This document shows, one piece after another, positions 10,301 through 19,968 of a DNA stretch of 64,000 nucleotides; position 1 is the first letter of the stretch; each line of letters opens with the position of its first letter. Location of the stretch: positions 32,001 to 96,000 of IMG/VR virus record IMGVR_UViG_3300021400_001148, one strand, 5' to 3'. The DNA is from a virus (Duplodnaviria > Caudoviricetes). The notes under the pieces were generated by a model. That model was not told where the DNA came from. It did not search any database and saw only the letters and a list, made by a program, of their open reading frames with translations. A program made the translations under genes and the position numbers.

Positions 10301-11119
10301 TTGAAAGATGGCGAAATTGAGACGAATACCCTGAACATTGTACAGGAGGAGCCCCCATATATACCACCATCCCTTCAGATAACGCTGGACAAGGTCAGTA
10401 CGGTTATGTATTCCGACAGTCTCATAGCAAGGGAAACTGCTGTAGCGTATTGGAAAGTGCAATATACCGGAATGCGGGAAGGAACCGTCGGTGCTGATTT
10501 GCAATCATCCACAAACATCGTGGCTGCTAACGGGACGAACCAGAGTGTCTCAGGTGAATTTACGCTCGTGACATCACTGCCCGGCGCAAACCCTCTAAGA
10601 ACCAACAGGGAAATAACCCCTGTCATTACCGGAACCAGCATATATTCAGATGATGTTACCGCAACCACATCTGAGAGTCAGGTGGGGATTATTGATATAA
10701 AATTGTTTTCACCGGCCAATGTGCGGGCGGAGGGTGATATCATATATTTGAGTGTTGCAACCACCAATGTTGAGATTGACAGTGTTGTATGCGACGATGA
10801 GGGAATACAGGATGCAATTGCTTACGTTTCCGGCACATCTTCAACCTCTGGCGTTGGGGTTACGATTTACAGTATTAATGTTCCATCAAATCTTTCCTGT
10901 TGGACCGACGAGGAGGCCATTTCGGCGGAGCAATATGAAATGACTGTATTCAAAGAGGGATATATCCCGTCAAAATTCGTGATTGAGTGCGGGGTGGATA
11001 AAGAAGTGAATATGTCCACACCGAAGGGACTCAGGGTCTTCACAGTTACGGTTTCCGGGCACGACGCGGCGGAGAATTCTTACATTGACTATGTGGTGAT
11101 TGTACAGAGACACACTTGA
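7361..11119 (+). CDS. large acidic Ig/BACON-like repeat protein, putative virion surface or tail protein
   Basis: repeated beta-rich units (FP.N...R...V.VSG...G..V.SN...V.Q); start reassigned to 7361 because the upstream extension overlaps the methyltransferase antisense; TATTTAT motif upstream. Confidence 0.7.
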   Translation: MAEITGKTFNYNKTELTVKFPQNTGTTENVYSVQVSGTAVDGVTRVLSNTATVHQNPNGAIWFSPSAYSGESAGGNAVVEIFLENVDGSTLQVTAWDGAFIVNPHIENGQILFYLRENTTAVGRGGTITVSGFDINGESIESSLEIEQAAGLPVSIKVLPEETETTFSATEVLFGIQILNGSVESGTIGLAAHSSNVTENNLTVSQDGATLAIPENQSYISQNKYTFKVSAITTSNEYVESNEAVVLQNPRTTSGTLRLTASSREISYSARTATFRVVSEGIDNIDACDGLGTISDDILTITFPANVSYTEEIFLNACVSGITSNGTVVRAYSMVKQRKCPGLFLGVSSEDARQRMTDFEPQGTPFQIEAPWYTTSTLLCFLSPNLTNIGISSLSEGVTAEIFNVSGTVSVTFPQNLDESGISERVLVVSGKTSDGGAITKTCKIIQDAMAGGRIILGLQGSIETTETDVDSLPHTINLEYQTTGVTNLEISSATRPIGIEISKAFSGDNGVTINIGENRSYTQNCFYEVVVKGTNGNGDEVVSNVFTIVQGQKVIPPARIFFNLEGCDGTGECESDVEDYSTGAAYSYTSENISEGSLEVFFDEGSADDATLSFDSENVYINFDGYPDEDKTYHIILKGYDLSGQNEIVCLSPLTVVHHAMSIPVLEATFEGGTSGEIGVEVVANCDETEAILIIRGENLDFSYLPTLSGQRCSFSVGQWENRVCQCTVSYPENENYRDDTHEYDEYHITLSAVALNGAAVSYEKDIVIKQNRCKTPPSVNLTLSRINGENVPSGSTIPYDADNITWKITTSYIQSGTVEITLPESGSFIKDVEEVVNGEEELWEGEALSNLYKKEKLWKVSSSPETTHITDTGTTHIEQNSGTTTNIVSISGNGISYSAVTASVIVTAVTYDSVVVYAPGAGGEVVLEYGQGIVNPTIVTGGTIGCCTGISLDSANRKVIARFTENTGNTESSPITVKLKDGEIETNTLNIVQEEPPYIPPSLQITLDKVSTVMYSDSLIARETAVAYWKVQYTGMREGTVGADLQSSTNIVAANGTNQSVSGEFTLVTSLPGANPLRTNREITPVITGTSIYSDDVTATTSESQVGIIDIKLFSPANVRAEGDIIYLSVATTNVEIDSVVCDDEGIQDAIAYVSGTSSTSGVGVTIYSINVPSNLSCWTDEEAISAEQYEMTVFKEGYIPSKFVIECGVDKEVNMSTPKGLRVFTVTVSGHDAAENSYIDYVVIVQRHT

Positions 11120-11154
11120 CATACTCCCACGAATTCATTCGTGGAGTATGCCAA
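11116..11154. repeat. imperfect palindrome resembling an IS200/IS605 end
   Basis: TTGACATACTCCCACGAA-TTCA-TTCGTGGAGTATGCCAA. Confidence 0.5.
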
Positions 11155-11314
11155 TAAGAAATAATCGTCTAATATATGACAACATTAAGCGTCAGTAAAA
11201 GTGGATATAATACCAGTAGTGTAACAATAAATTAATAAGAAATAATCGTCTAATATATGACAACATTAAGCGTCAGTAAAAGTGGATATAATACCAGTAG
11301 TGTAACAATAAATT
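11153..11314 (+). repeat. perfect 81-bp tandem duplication of a translation-initiation region and first 19 codons
   Basis: 11153-11233 is identical to 11234-11314. Confidence 0.95.
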
Positions 11315-12597
11315 GCGGCGAGAGCTATTCGGTTTGCCTGTCTACGGGCTCAAAGACTGGAGTCACTGGTGTGAGTGTGCCTTCGGAGATTACTCTGTGC
11401 ACTTGTGGCAGTACTGCGTCCGTTTCGGTGTCCGCACTTCCTTCAGGTGCCACGGTTACCGGCTGGACAGTCACCAATGTTGATGGCGTTGACTCTGTCC
11501 TTTCACAGGGTAAGATTACTGTTTCCAACACCGCACAAGGAACGAGTGGAGACTTGATAACAATAACTGGTTCCAAGGTTGGTTTGGCTAAAGTGTCTGT
11601 AATAGCGAGGGATGATAATGGAACTTCCACAACTGGAGAGTTTACGGTTCTCATTACTACAGCCGAATCTGAAACCAACACGAAGATAGGTAGTAGAGGA
11701 TGGTTTAACCAATACAGGTTGCCGATGTTTAATGAAACAGACCTTACCAAATGTCCTACCAAGGAAGAGATTGTTGCTGCAGCACAAAGAGGGAACCTCG
11801 GCACAAATGCCGTCCTGACAATATCTGGCGATTGTGCAAACAACCAGTGTGTCAAGGAGGTGGTTGTAACTGTTACCCCTCCCCAGAGATATAGTTTCGC
11901 AGGATTAGAGATTGCTCCAGGCCCGTTGTATTACAATGGCAGTTCTTATGAGGTTAAGGACAGTTGGAACTACGATTCTTACAATTCCGTATACGGAAAG
12001 GCAGCGGGAAGTTATTATTTCAGTTTCATTGAGATGGGCCAGTTGTTTGAAAAGGCGGGCTTTTCCGCTTCCGACGGCAATATCGAAAACCTCCTCGACC
12101 CTCTGGACGGCTGGAGACTACCTACACAGGCCGAATGGGAGGCGATTACCATGAACACTTCGGTCCGTGATGGTTCTACTGTGAACGGTAGTGCAGGCAA
12201 GCATTATGCGATGATTCAACTCACCGGGGTGACACACGCCAGTTCTTCCACACCGAACGGACTGCTGTTATTCCCTGACGGAAAGACCATCACCGGCAAG
12301 ACCCTGTCCGGAATGGACAATTTTACACAGACCACCGGCGTGACACTGTCCGAGCTGAACGCGTATCTTGCTCAGGGTTGTGTATTCTTGCCGGGCTCCG
12401 GCACATACGAACCTGATGATATCCATACATACCTTCCCCCTTGGCAAAAAGGTGGTTACGACGGCTTCTATCGTTGCTCGACTGAGGAGTCAAGCAATAA
12501 CGGTTACGAACTGTATTTCACTGACGCCTACTCGTTCACAGATTTGACTAGAGATAAGACCATTACCTACAGTTCCATACGTCTTGTTCGAGAATAG
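11257..12597 (+). CDS. Ig-like plus C-terminal Fib_succ_major/C-type-lectin-like protein, putative receptor-binding protein
   Basis: Ser/Thr/Val-rich Ig-like N-terminal half; GWRLPTQAEW, VFLPGSG, G.Y..ST and terminal SIRLVRE. Confidence 0.7.
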   Translation: MTTLSVSKSGYNTSSVTINCGESYSVCLSTGSKTGVTGVSVPSEITLCTCGSTASVSVSALPSGATVTGWTVTNVDGVDSVLSQGKITVSNTAQGTSGDLITITGSKVGLAKVSVIARDDNGTSTTGEFTVLITTAESETNTKIGSRGWFNQYRLPMFNETDLTKCPTKEEIVAAAQRGNLGTNAVLTISGDCANNQCVKEVVVTVTPPQRYSFAGLEIAPGPLYYNGSSYEVKDSWNYDSYNSVYGKAAGSYYFSFIEMGQLFEKAGFSASDGNIENLLDPLDGWRLPTQAEWEAITMNTSVRDGSTVNGSAGKHYAMIQLTGVTHASSSTPNGLLLFPDGKTITGKTLSGMDNFTQTTGVTLSELNAYLAQGCVFLPGSGTYEPDDIHTYLPPWQKGGYDGFYRCSTEESSNNGYELYFTDAYSFTDLTRDKTITYSSIRLVRE

Positions 12598-12616
12598 ATT
12601 GGTATGCTTTTTGTAG

Positions 12617-12663
12617 AATTATTCGTAGAAAGTTTGTATATTTGCAAACAACTACGAATAATT
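12617..12663 (+). promoter_or_regulatory. dnaK promoter inside an inverted repeat
   Basis: AATTATTCGTAG..GTTTG-TATATTTG-CAAAC..CTACGAATAATT. Confidence 0.6.
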
Positions 12664-12682
12664 TTTTTTAAACTATTATAGT

Positions 12683-14509
12683 ATGAGTAAAAAAGCGATT
12701 GGAATTGACTTAGGCACAGGTAATTCTTGTGTTGCAGTCATGGAGGGCGGAAAACCCACGGTAATCATTAACGACGAGGGAAACAGAACTACGCCTTCGG
12801 TTATTGGTTTTGGAAAGGACGGCGAGATTAAAGTTGGCTCATCAGCAAAGAGACAGGCGGTCACAAACCCCACCAACACAGTCTCTTTTATAAAGAGGTT
12901 TATGGGCGAGAAATTTGACAATGTTTCATATGATGTGGAGCGTGCGGCTTATAAAGTAGTTAACAAAAACGGGTCGCCTCGCGTTGATATAAACGGAAAA
13001 CTCTATTCACCAGAGGAGATTAGTGCAATTATTCTCCAGAAGATGAAGAAGACTGCAGAAGATTATCTTGGGGAAGATATTAAGGACGCTGTCATTACTT
13101 GCCCCGCATACTATGACAATGAGGCAAGGAAAGCGGTGGAAAATGCCGGTAAGATTGCGGGTTTGAATGTCCTCAGAATCATCAATGAGCCTACCGCCGC
13201 AGCTCTTGCTTATGGTGTTGGCAAGGATAAAAAGGGTGGAAAGGTTGTGGTATATGATTTTGGCTCAGGAACAATCGACATCTCAGTACTTGATATCAGT
13301 GATGACAATGTGTTCGAGGTCCTTTCAACAAACGGTGACACCCATCTTGGAGGTGAAGATTTTGACAATGCAATAATCAACTGGCTGGCTGATGGCTTCA
13401 AAAAAGAGCATGGTGTTGACCTCAGGAAAGACCCTATGGCAGCACAGCGTTTGAAAGAGGCTGCTGAGAAGGCTAAAATTGAGTTGTCTTCACAGGTAAG
13501 CACCGAAATAAACCTCCCTTATATTACAGCAATTGAAAACCAGCCGATACACCTTGTAAAGACATTGACAAGAAGCACATTCGAAAACATTGCAGACGAT
13601 ATCTTCAAGAAGGCTATTGCTCCGGCACAGAAGGCTCTTGACCTAGCGAAACTCACAAAGAAAGACATTACCAATGTTATTTTGGTCGGCGGTTCAACAA
13701 GAATCCCTAAGGTTCAGGAGATTGTTAAGGACTTCTTCGGAATAGACCCGGACAAGAGTGTGAACCCTGACGAGGCTGTAGCTATTGGCGCTGCAATACA
13801 AGCGGGGGTTCTTACCGGGGACAGTAACACTGATGTACTGCTGCTTGATGTGCTGCCTATGAACATTGGTGTTGAAACGCTTGGTGAGGTGTTCACAACC
13901 TTGGTTGAAGCCAACACTACGATTCCGGCCAAAAAATCACAAGTTTTTTCCACCGCGGTCGATAATCAACCTAGTATTCAAGTCAATATTGCACAGGGCA
14001 TGAGGCCGATGTTCAAGGACAACAAACTCCTTGGTTCCTTCTTCCTTGATGGTATTGCACCTGCACCAAGGGGAGTTCCTCAGATTGAAGTTACAGTAGA
14101 TGTGGATGCTAATGGAATTATGACTGTCAGTGCTCAGGACAAGGCCACCGGCAAAGAGCAGCACATCCGTATCGAAGCCAATTCATCACTTTCAGAAGAG
14201 GAAATAAAACAAATGAAGGCCGAGGCCGAGGCGAATGAGGAGGCCGATAAAAAGCGTATTGAGGAAATCAACGCCCTGAACAATGCGGACGCCCTTGTTT
14301 TTCAAGTAGAGAAAGCAATGAAAGAGTTTGGGGACAAACTAACTGACGAACAGAAAAACCTTGTTACCCCGGTTCTTGAAGAAATTAAGTCTGCCGTCAA
14401 GGAAAAAAGAGCGGAGGATGCTACTGCCAAGGTTGACGAACTGAATAAACTCTGGCAGCCAATCATCACTTCTTTGTATCAGTCCACGGCGGAAACCAAG
14501 TCTGAATAA
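12683..14509 (+). CDS. dnaK: Hsp70 chaperone DnaK
   Basis: [41 protein letters not shown] and [10 protein letters not shown] motifs. Confidence 0.98.
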   Translation: MSKKAIGIDLGTGNSCVAVMEGGKPTVIINDEGNRTTPSVIGFGKDGEIKVGSSAKRQAVTNPTNTVSFIKRFMGEKFDNVSYDVERAAYKVVNKNGSPRVDINGKLYSPEEISAIILQKMKKTAEDYLGEDIKDAVITCPAYYDNEARKAVENAGKIAGLNVLRIINEPTAAALAYGVGKDKKGGKVVVYDFGSGTIDISVLDISDDNVFEVLSTNGDTHLGGEDFDNAIINWLADGFKKEHGVDLRKDPMAAQRLKEAAEKAKIELSSQVSTEINLPYITAIENQPIHLVKTLTRSTFENIADDIFKKAIAPAQKALDLAKLTKKDITNVILVGGSTRIPKVQEIVKDFFGIDPDKSVNPDEAVAIGAAIQAGVLTGDSNTDVLLLDVLPMNIGVETLGEVFTTLVEANTTIPAKKSQVFSTAVDNQPSIQVNIAQGMRPMFKDNKLLGSFFLDGIAPAPRGVPQIEVTVDVDANGIMTVSAQDKATGKEQHIRIEANSSLSEEEIKQMKAEAEANEEADKKRIEEINALNNADALVFQVEKAMKEFGDKLTDEQKNLVTPVLEEIKSAVKEKRAEDATAKVDELNKLWQPIITSLYQSTAETKSE

Positions 14510-14513
14510 AAAC

Positions 14514-14541
14514 AAACCCCCACTTCACAGCGGGGGTTTTT
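14514..14541 (+). terminator. intrinsic terminator after dnaK
   Basis: AAACCCCC...GGGGGTTTTT hairpin. Confidence 0.65.
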
Positions 14542-14653
14542 CAGTTGCATTGTGAAAGAACAACAAAAAAGCAATGCAACCATTTCTAAATAGGTTTCTC
14601 GTTTCGGAAAGTTTTTGTATATTTGCCAAAAATAAGAATCAAATTCAAATGTT

Positions 14654-15304
14654 TTGACAAAATCAAACAGAAAAGAAGATACCCGTCTCGAAAAATTGGT
14701 GAACGAGTATCTTGACAAGAAACTATTCAACAGAGAAGACAGTTATTTTAAGAAAGTTGAATGGGTAAACGACCAGCAGCGGCAGATTTCCGGAATTGAC
14801 ATAATCCTTACATCACCGGAACTAGGAATAGAAAATGGTTTGGTGGATATAAAGTCAGCAGTTAAATATTCCAATACATATCTCTCCACATATGCTCTCG
14901 AATGCAGTTCAAAAGACCGTCGCGGCGTAGAGAAAATCGGGTGGCTCATTGATGATGACAAAACCACGCAGTATTACCTACTTCTTTACCCGCGTAGTCA
15001 AAAATATTATACGGAGATGCAGACTGTGGACGATATTGAGTATATTGAGTATTATCTCGTTGAAAGAAAGAAAATCCTAAATTACCTTGAGTCCAAAGGT
15101 TATGGGAAACAGCGGATACTTGAGGTGGTGGACGGTTTGCGAAAAGATTTCGGATATATGTCTGGTGAAAAGGGTTTGAATGAGGATAGTACCGACCCCA
15201 ACTTCAGGTTTTACCTTACCGGATATCTTGCTGAACAGCCGATTAATGTTGTCATCAAACGGAATGTCTATGACAGAATAAGCATTTTACACGACAGAAT
15301 TTGA
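14654..15304 (+). CDS. putative PD-(D/E)xK nuclease-fold protein
   Basis: Q..GID...VDIK...ALE pattern; start uncertain (TTG). Confidence 0.5.
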   Translation: MTKSNRKEDTRLEKLVNEYLDKKLFNREDSYFKKVEWVNDQQRQISGIDIILTSPELGIENGLVDIKSAVKYSNTYLSTYALECSSKDRRGVEKIGWLIDDDKTTQYYLLLYPRSQKYYTEMQTVDDIEYIEYYLVERKKILNYLESKGYGKQRILEVVDGLRKDFGYMSGEKGLNEDSTDPNFRFYLTGYLAEQPINVVIKRNVYDRISILHDRI

Positions 15305-15305
15305 T

Positions 15306-15506
15306 ATGGAAGACACTACTGGAAGATGGAAGTTCATTGAACTCACCGACGGAACTATTGTTAATTCCTATGACATTATACTTTTGAATGTCGATACTGG
15401 CGAGGATGGTGAAAAGGCGTACAAACTGTACCTTCGGGGAAAAAAGATGACACTTGCCCTCACCAAAGATGATTACGACATCATTAGGAATTTTCTCTGT
15501 GGTTAA
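15306..15506 (+). CDS. hypothetical protein
   Basis: 66-aa ORF coupled to the previous stop. Confidence 0.65.
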   Translation: MEDTTGRWKFIELTDGTIVNSYDIILLNVDTGEDGEKAYKLYLRGKKMTLALTKDDYDIIRNFLCG

Positions 15507-15553
15507 TGCGCCGGAAATGGAAAAGAGAAAGATATTTTAATTATATTTGCAGC

Positions 15554-15949
15554 ATGGAAAAACACGAGGGAAAATATTATATTCATGTCGAGTACACAAC
15601 TGGAGACTCATTCGGTAGTCAGGAAACCTATGAAGATGTGGACTACGGTTGGAATGATTTTGAAATTGCGGCGATAAACGCCAAGGCAATGGCTCAGCAC
15701 GCGAGAATATATGAGGAATCAGAATACAGCACAAAGGAAAAAACTGAAAACAAGTGTCGCGGACACTGGTGGTTGGCTAAGCCTGAGAACAATTACAGTA
15801 TAATCGACGAAAGGATTTATCTTACACTCGATAATGGGGACAAAGTTCTCTATCGCTGCCCTTGGTGTGGGTATTTTGAGCGGTTTCACAGTGCTGAAGT
15901 CAGAATAAATGAAAAACAATGCAAATTCACGAAATATGACAATTGTTGA
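15554..15949 (+). CDS. hypothetical phage protein
   Basis: Y.TGDSFGS...W.GYFER pattern; ATG 4 nt after TATATTTG. Confidence 0.75.
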   Translation: MEKHEGKYYIHVEYTTGDSFGSQETYEDVDYGWNDFEIAAINAKAMAQHARIYEESEYSTKEKTENKCRGHWWLAKPENNYSIIDERIYLTLDNGDKVLYRCPWCGYFERFHSAEVRINEKQCKFTKYDNC

Positions 15950-16562
15950 TAATTTTGGAAAAATAAGTGAGTGTCTGCAGTTTGCAGAAGACCTTACACC
16001 GGATAAGGCTGGTGATTGGTTCTATATGATTCAGATTATGACCAGAACCAAGGACACCGGCGAACGCCCGCACATCTATCGGACCTATTTTTGCGAGTCA
16101 AGGAATTACCTTAAAACCCACGAGGAAGAAATCAAGTTCCTCTGTGAGAAGTTCAATGCAAGGGCATATATTGCGGTTAATCCCTCTTCTTACAAAACTT
16201 GTGCAATCAAGATGTTCAAGGAGCTGGCTGACATCATTGACAATGAATCTTACAAGAAAATTCTTTCTCTTCCGGAGACCTGCGCGGGTAAATATACCTG
16301 CGGCGGGGAAAACAAGAAGTGGATTGTTGACCTTGACAATATCAAGACGGAAGAAAACGCCAAACCTTACATTGAGGAGATTCAGAAGGTATACGATGAA
16401 GGCCGTAGTAGGGGTAATGGTATTACTTGGATTCCGACGGTTAATGGCTCCCACCTTCTTGTGAGCCCCTTTGATATGCGTGAGTTCAAGAAGAGATTTC
16501 CTACGATTGAAATTCATAAGGATAACCCCACAATACTTTATTATGGTAAGGCCGATGTTTAA
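15936..16562 (+). CDS. putative primase-polymerase (AEP)-fold protein
   Basis: RAYI, KWIVDLD (DxD) and IPTVNGSHLL (T..G.H) motifs. Confidence 0.5.
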   Translation: MTIVDNFGKISECLQFAEDLTPDKAGDWFYMIQIMTRTKDTGERPHIYRTYFCESRNYLKTHEEEIKFLCEKFNARAYIAVNPSSYKTCAIKMFKELADIIDNESYKKILSLPETCAGKYTCGGENKKWIVDLDNIKTEENAKPYIEEIQKVYDEGRSRGNGITWIPTVNGSHLLVSPFDMREFKKRFPTIEIHKDNPTILYYGKADV

Positions 16563-16594
16563 AGAATTTTTGTATATTTGCGAAAAGAATTTTT

Positions 16595-16903
16595 ATGTAT
16601 AATCTCAGTGTTTTGACTGGTTTGGATAAAAGAGCCGATGGGTACCAGTCCCCCTTGAAGAAAATGTGTCTTAATTGTGTGTCTTGCACATTGTCACAGG
16701 ATGATGGCCCTGTATCCTGCATTAATCCAACAGTTTTGGAAGCCGGAAAAAAGAAGGTTCTTGAATCGCTTGATGGTCAGGACTTCGTTGTCGGAAATGT
16801 GGAAATTAAGGCAATGACACTTAAGGACCCCACGAAAAAGTGCAAGCAGTATGCGGTAAACCGTGCCGTTATTGATGATGAATTGAATGAAATTTTTGGC
16901 TAG
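16595..16903 (+). CDS. Cys-containing hypothetical protein
   Basis: CLNCVSC...C...C; own promoter at 16573. Confidence 0.7.
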   Translation: MYNLSVLTGLDKRADGYQSPLKKMCLNCVSCTLSQDDGPVSCINPTVLEAGKKKVLESLDGQDFVVGNVEIKAMTLKDPTKKCKQYAVNRAVIDDELNEIFG

Positions 16904-16905
16904 TC

Positions 16906-17649
16906 ATGAGTACATATGTAACAAGATTCATTGAAATCAGGAAAGACAATAAGTGGCAACTTCTTGACTGGACGACAAAGGTTAGGAATCACGAAGACAG
17001 TGACTTTGTGAAACCACACAGTGTGCTCCTGAACGGTGAATTGGTAGTAACGGAAAACTCAATAACCGACTGTGGGCTGGGTGTAAGGGATTACCTTCGC
17101 GATGTCTGGGGGTATATTGGCACCAAGTTTAAAAATCGCGGGGTTCCGGCGGACGCATCCAACGAACTTAAAGAAGCATTCGCTGAGCATACTAAGCCCG
17201 GCGAGAGTGGAACTTCGTACACTTACAACCACTCTTATTACACACTTGACGAAATGGAAAAACTTCTCGAGAGGCTTACTGACCTCGGATGGGAAAGTAT
17301 TGAAAGAGAAGTGAAAGCCGTCAAGAAAAGTGAACTCAATGAAAAACTTGATAAAGTCCTTGAAAATCAGGCAGCCTATGGTGAAACTTTGAAAAATTCG
17401 ACAATAGATTCAGTAAAAACCTATGTTGAAACAACGGCTAAAAACAAACCAAGGAAAAACACAGATGGCAAAGACACCAATTCGGAAGACGGTCTGATAT
17501 TTCTTCATGATACCTATTTTGAGGTTATTGATGACATCTGTGGAGTCAAGAAGGAAGTAGACCTCGTTTCTTCGGTAGTGAATGGGCTTCTGGATTCCTC
17601 TTACCCGAGTTGCGACATTAGAGTGACATTTTATTTTGATAATATATGA
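16906..17649 (+). CDS. hypothetical phage protein
   Basis: RG.P.DAS, HSY.TL.E and terminal R..F.FDN pattern. Confidence 0.75.
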   Translation: MSTYVTRFIEIRKDNKWQLLDWTTKVRNHEDSDFVKPHSVLLNGELVVTENSITDCGLGVRDYLRDVWGYIGTKFKNRGVPADASNELKEAFAEHTKPGESGTSYTYNHSYYTLDEMEKLLERLTDLGWESIEREVKAVKKSELNEKLDKVLENQAAYGETLKNSTIDSVKTYVETTAKNKPRKNTDGKDTNSEDGLIFLHDTYFEVIDDICGVKKEVDLVSSVVNGLLDSSYPSCDIRVTFYFDNI

Positions 17650-17843
17650 GTACAGAAACCAAGACAAGTGTGGTGAGCGGTATTAGTTTTACCCAGTTGC
17701 TCACAATTGTTTTTATTGTATTAAAACTCCTTGGGAAAATCACTTGGAGTTGGTGGTGGGTTTTGTCCCCGCTTTGGATACCGATTGCCATTGCGATTGT
17801 CGTTATGGTGATTTGGGGGGTTATATTGGCGTTAATATCTTAA
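17646..17843 (+). CDS. small membrane protein
   Basis: LLTIVFIVLKL.G.I.WSWWWVLSPLW, a common phage small membrane-protein pattern. Confidence 0.8.
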   Translation: MSTETKTSVVSGISFTQLLTIVFIVLKLLGKITWSWWWVLSPLWIPIAIAIVVMVIWGVILALIS

Positions 17844-17846
17844 AAT

Positions 17847-18932
17847 ATGGATAAAAAGAAACAAAATTTTAAAAGTGAGATGAGTTTAAAGGCTCGGGGT
17901 GGACGAATAAAAATGTCTAATCTCCAGTCCCCCGCACCGTCGTTTTCAACCGAGGAGATGGACGTGGTAGAAGAAGAAAAACCTGCGGTGACTGATGTTT
18001 GGAATGATGCGATTCCGGGCGATGAGAGTTGTACGAAGGGTCCGGACACCAATTTTACAGTTTCACAATGGTCTTCTGTTGACGGTTGCATCATCCCCGT
18101 TTCCAATACAATGGACAGGCTGGAGAAGGGATACTACTCCATTAACTTTTCCAACCAACTTGGCATGTATTTCACTAAGGAAAAAATCGAACTAAACAAG
18201 TTGTATCGTTTGCCCAACAATGCAACAGACCTTATACTTAATGACATTTCCAAATTCTGGACATTGGAGGAGACATATAAGAAGTACCATAGGGTTTTCA
18301 GAAGAAATTATCTTCTTTATTCTGCACCGGGAACCGGTAAGACAAGCCTCATCAATCTTATGTGTGAAGAACTTATCAATGTTTATAACGGTATTGTCTT
18401 TTCACTTTCCACGGAAGCTCAGATTGAGTCATTTCCTGAGGCGGTAAGGCGAATCAGGAAAATTGAGCCCGACCGCAAGATTATTGCCATCATCGAAGAT
18501 ATCGACACTTTCGCACAAGGTTCTTCAAGGCTCAACACGCTTATTCTTAATATCCTTGACGGAAACCTCAAACTCAGCGGAATTGTGACCATCGCCACAA
18601 CCAACCACATCGAATATCTCGAGGACCGTTATACCAACAGGCCCTCTCGTTTTGACAGGGTTGTGGAGTTCCCTCTTCCTAATGCTGAGAGCCGAAAGAT
18701 GTTCATTGAGAAAACAGTTCTTCCGGAAGACCTCAAGAAGATTAATATTGACGAATGGGTGGCTAAGACCGAAGGGTTTACAATCGACCATATCAACGAA
18801 CTCATTCTTCTATTCTTTGTCTTTGGGCATACTGAGGAAGAGTCGTTTGAGACTTTGTTCGCAATGACCAAAAGCAAGGGAGCCCTCACGAATAAGACCA
18901 GCGTAACAAAACGAGACCTTGGCTTCTCATGA
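17847..18932 (+). CDS. AAA+ ATPase
   Basis: Walker A (SAPGTGKT), Walker B (IIEDID), TTN and NRPSRFD. Confidence 0.92.
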   Translation: MDKKKQNFKSEMSLKARGGRIKMSNLQSPAPSFSTEEMDVVEEEKPAVTDVWNDAIPGDESCTKGPDTNFTVSQWSSVDGCIIPVSNTMDRLEKGYYSINFSNQLGMYFTKEKIELNKLYRLPNNATDLILNDISKFWTLEETYKKYHRVFRRNYLLYSAPGTGKTSLINLMCEELINVYNGIVFSLSTEAQIESFPEAVRRIRKIEPDRKIIAIIEDIDTFAQGSSRLNTLILNILDGNLKLSGIVTIATTNHIEYLEDRYTNRPSRFDRVVEFPLPNAESRKMFIEKTVLPEDLKKINIDEWVAKTEGFTIDHINELILLFFVFGHTEEESFETLFAMTKSKGALTNKTSVTKRDLGFS

Positions 18933-19327
18933 TGAACGAATTTCTTTCTCGAGACTACCCCTCCTCTATTGAAAAGTGGAGGCGTCTTGGGCTTTTAGAA
19001 GACCTGCGAGGGTCAATCGAGGTAAGTGTTGCCGAAAACTTAGAACGGATGTCCTTGTATTTGGGAGATTTGGAGGGGAAGGATGTGTATGTAATGGGGT
19101 ACAACTTAAGTTTTAGTATTTTTCCAGCTATACGAAGAATATGCTCACAAAATGTTGATTATCAAATAGAAGAACCGGAAAAGTTTTTCAACTACTACAA
19201 GGAGTGGTTTCGCGAACGCATCGAGTCATTCGAAAAAATGCCCAATATTGACCCCGAGGCACAAGCGGTATATATGTTTTGCGAACATACGCTGAAGATT
19301 TTAAGAAAATGCGCCGAGAGTGAATAA
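18929..19327 (+). CDS. hypothetical protein resembling the N-terminus of T4-type major capsid proteins
   Basis: EKW..LGLLE.L...VA..LE...FPAIRRI. Confidence 0.45.
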   Translation: MMNEFLSRDYPSSIEKWRRLGLLEDLRGSIEVSVAENLERMSLYLGDLEGKDVYVMGYNLSFSIFPAIRRICSQNVDYQIEEPEKFFNYYKEWFRERIESFEKMPNIDPEAQAVYMFCEHTLKILRKCAESE

Positions 19328-19356
19328 CTCTCGGACTTTTTTTGTATATTTGTAAT

Positions 19357-19968
19357 ATGAAAAACGAGTTTTGTACAAAAATAGAACATCCGGAAAAAAC
19401 CTATCTGATTTCCGACACACATTTTTGGCATACAAATATTCTAAAATATTGTAGCCGGCCATTCGCTTCTGTAGAGGAGATGAATGCAGCCCTTATTGAG
19501 AACTGGAACAATGTTGTTGGTCCGGATGACCACATTTACAGTCTCGGGGATTTCTGTTTTGGTAATGTAGAAAAATGGAATTCAGTCCTCGCTCCTGGTG
19601 TATTGAACGGCCACATTCATCTTGTCCTCGGAAACCATGACCCCGAGAGGCTTTACCGTGACGGTGTTATGCGGGAAAGGTTCGATGAAATCTGTTTCCA
19701 AAAGTACCTTTTGGCCGATGGATGGGGAATATACCTCAATCACTTTCCCTTCCTCGAGTTCTCCAATAATTTCGACCACCATGTATGTCAGGCTTATGGC
19801 CATGTACACAGTGGTCCCAACAATGTCGGGGCTCTCACCAATGAAAGGCTGAAGATGGTGCAATGGAATCAGTACGATGTGGGTGCTGATAACAATAATT
19901 ATGGACCGATTTCGGTTTTGGAATTTTTGAACATAATTAAAGAAAGAAGGGAAGCGTATGGAAAATAA
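19357..19968 (+). CDS. calcineurin-like metallophosphoesterase
   Basis: SDTHFWH, LGDF, GNHD, NHFP and GHVH motifs. Confidence 0.92.
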   Translation: MKNEFCTKIEHPEKTYLISDTHFWHTNILKYCSRPFASVEEMNAALIENWNNVVGPDDHIYSLGDFCFGNVEKWNSVLAPGVLNGHIHLVLGNHDPERLYRDGVMRERFDEICFQKYLLADGWGIYLNHFPFLEFSNNFDHHVCQAYGHVHSGPNNVGALTNERLKMVQWNQYDVGADNNNYGPISVLEFLNIIKERREAYGK

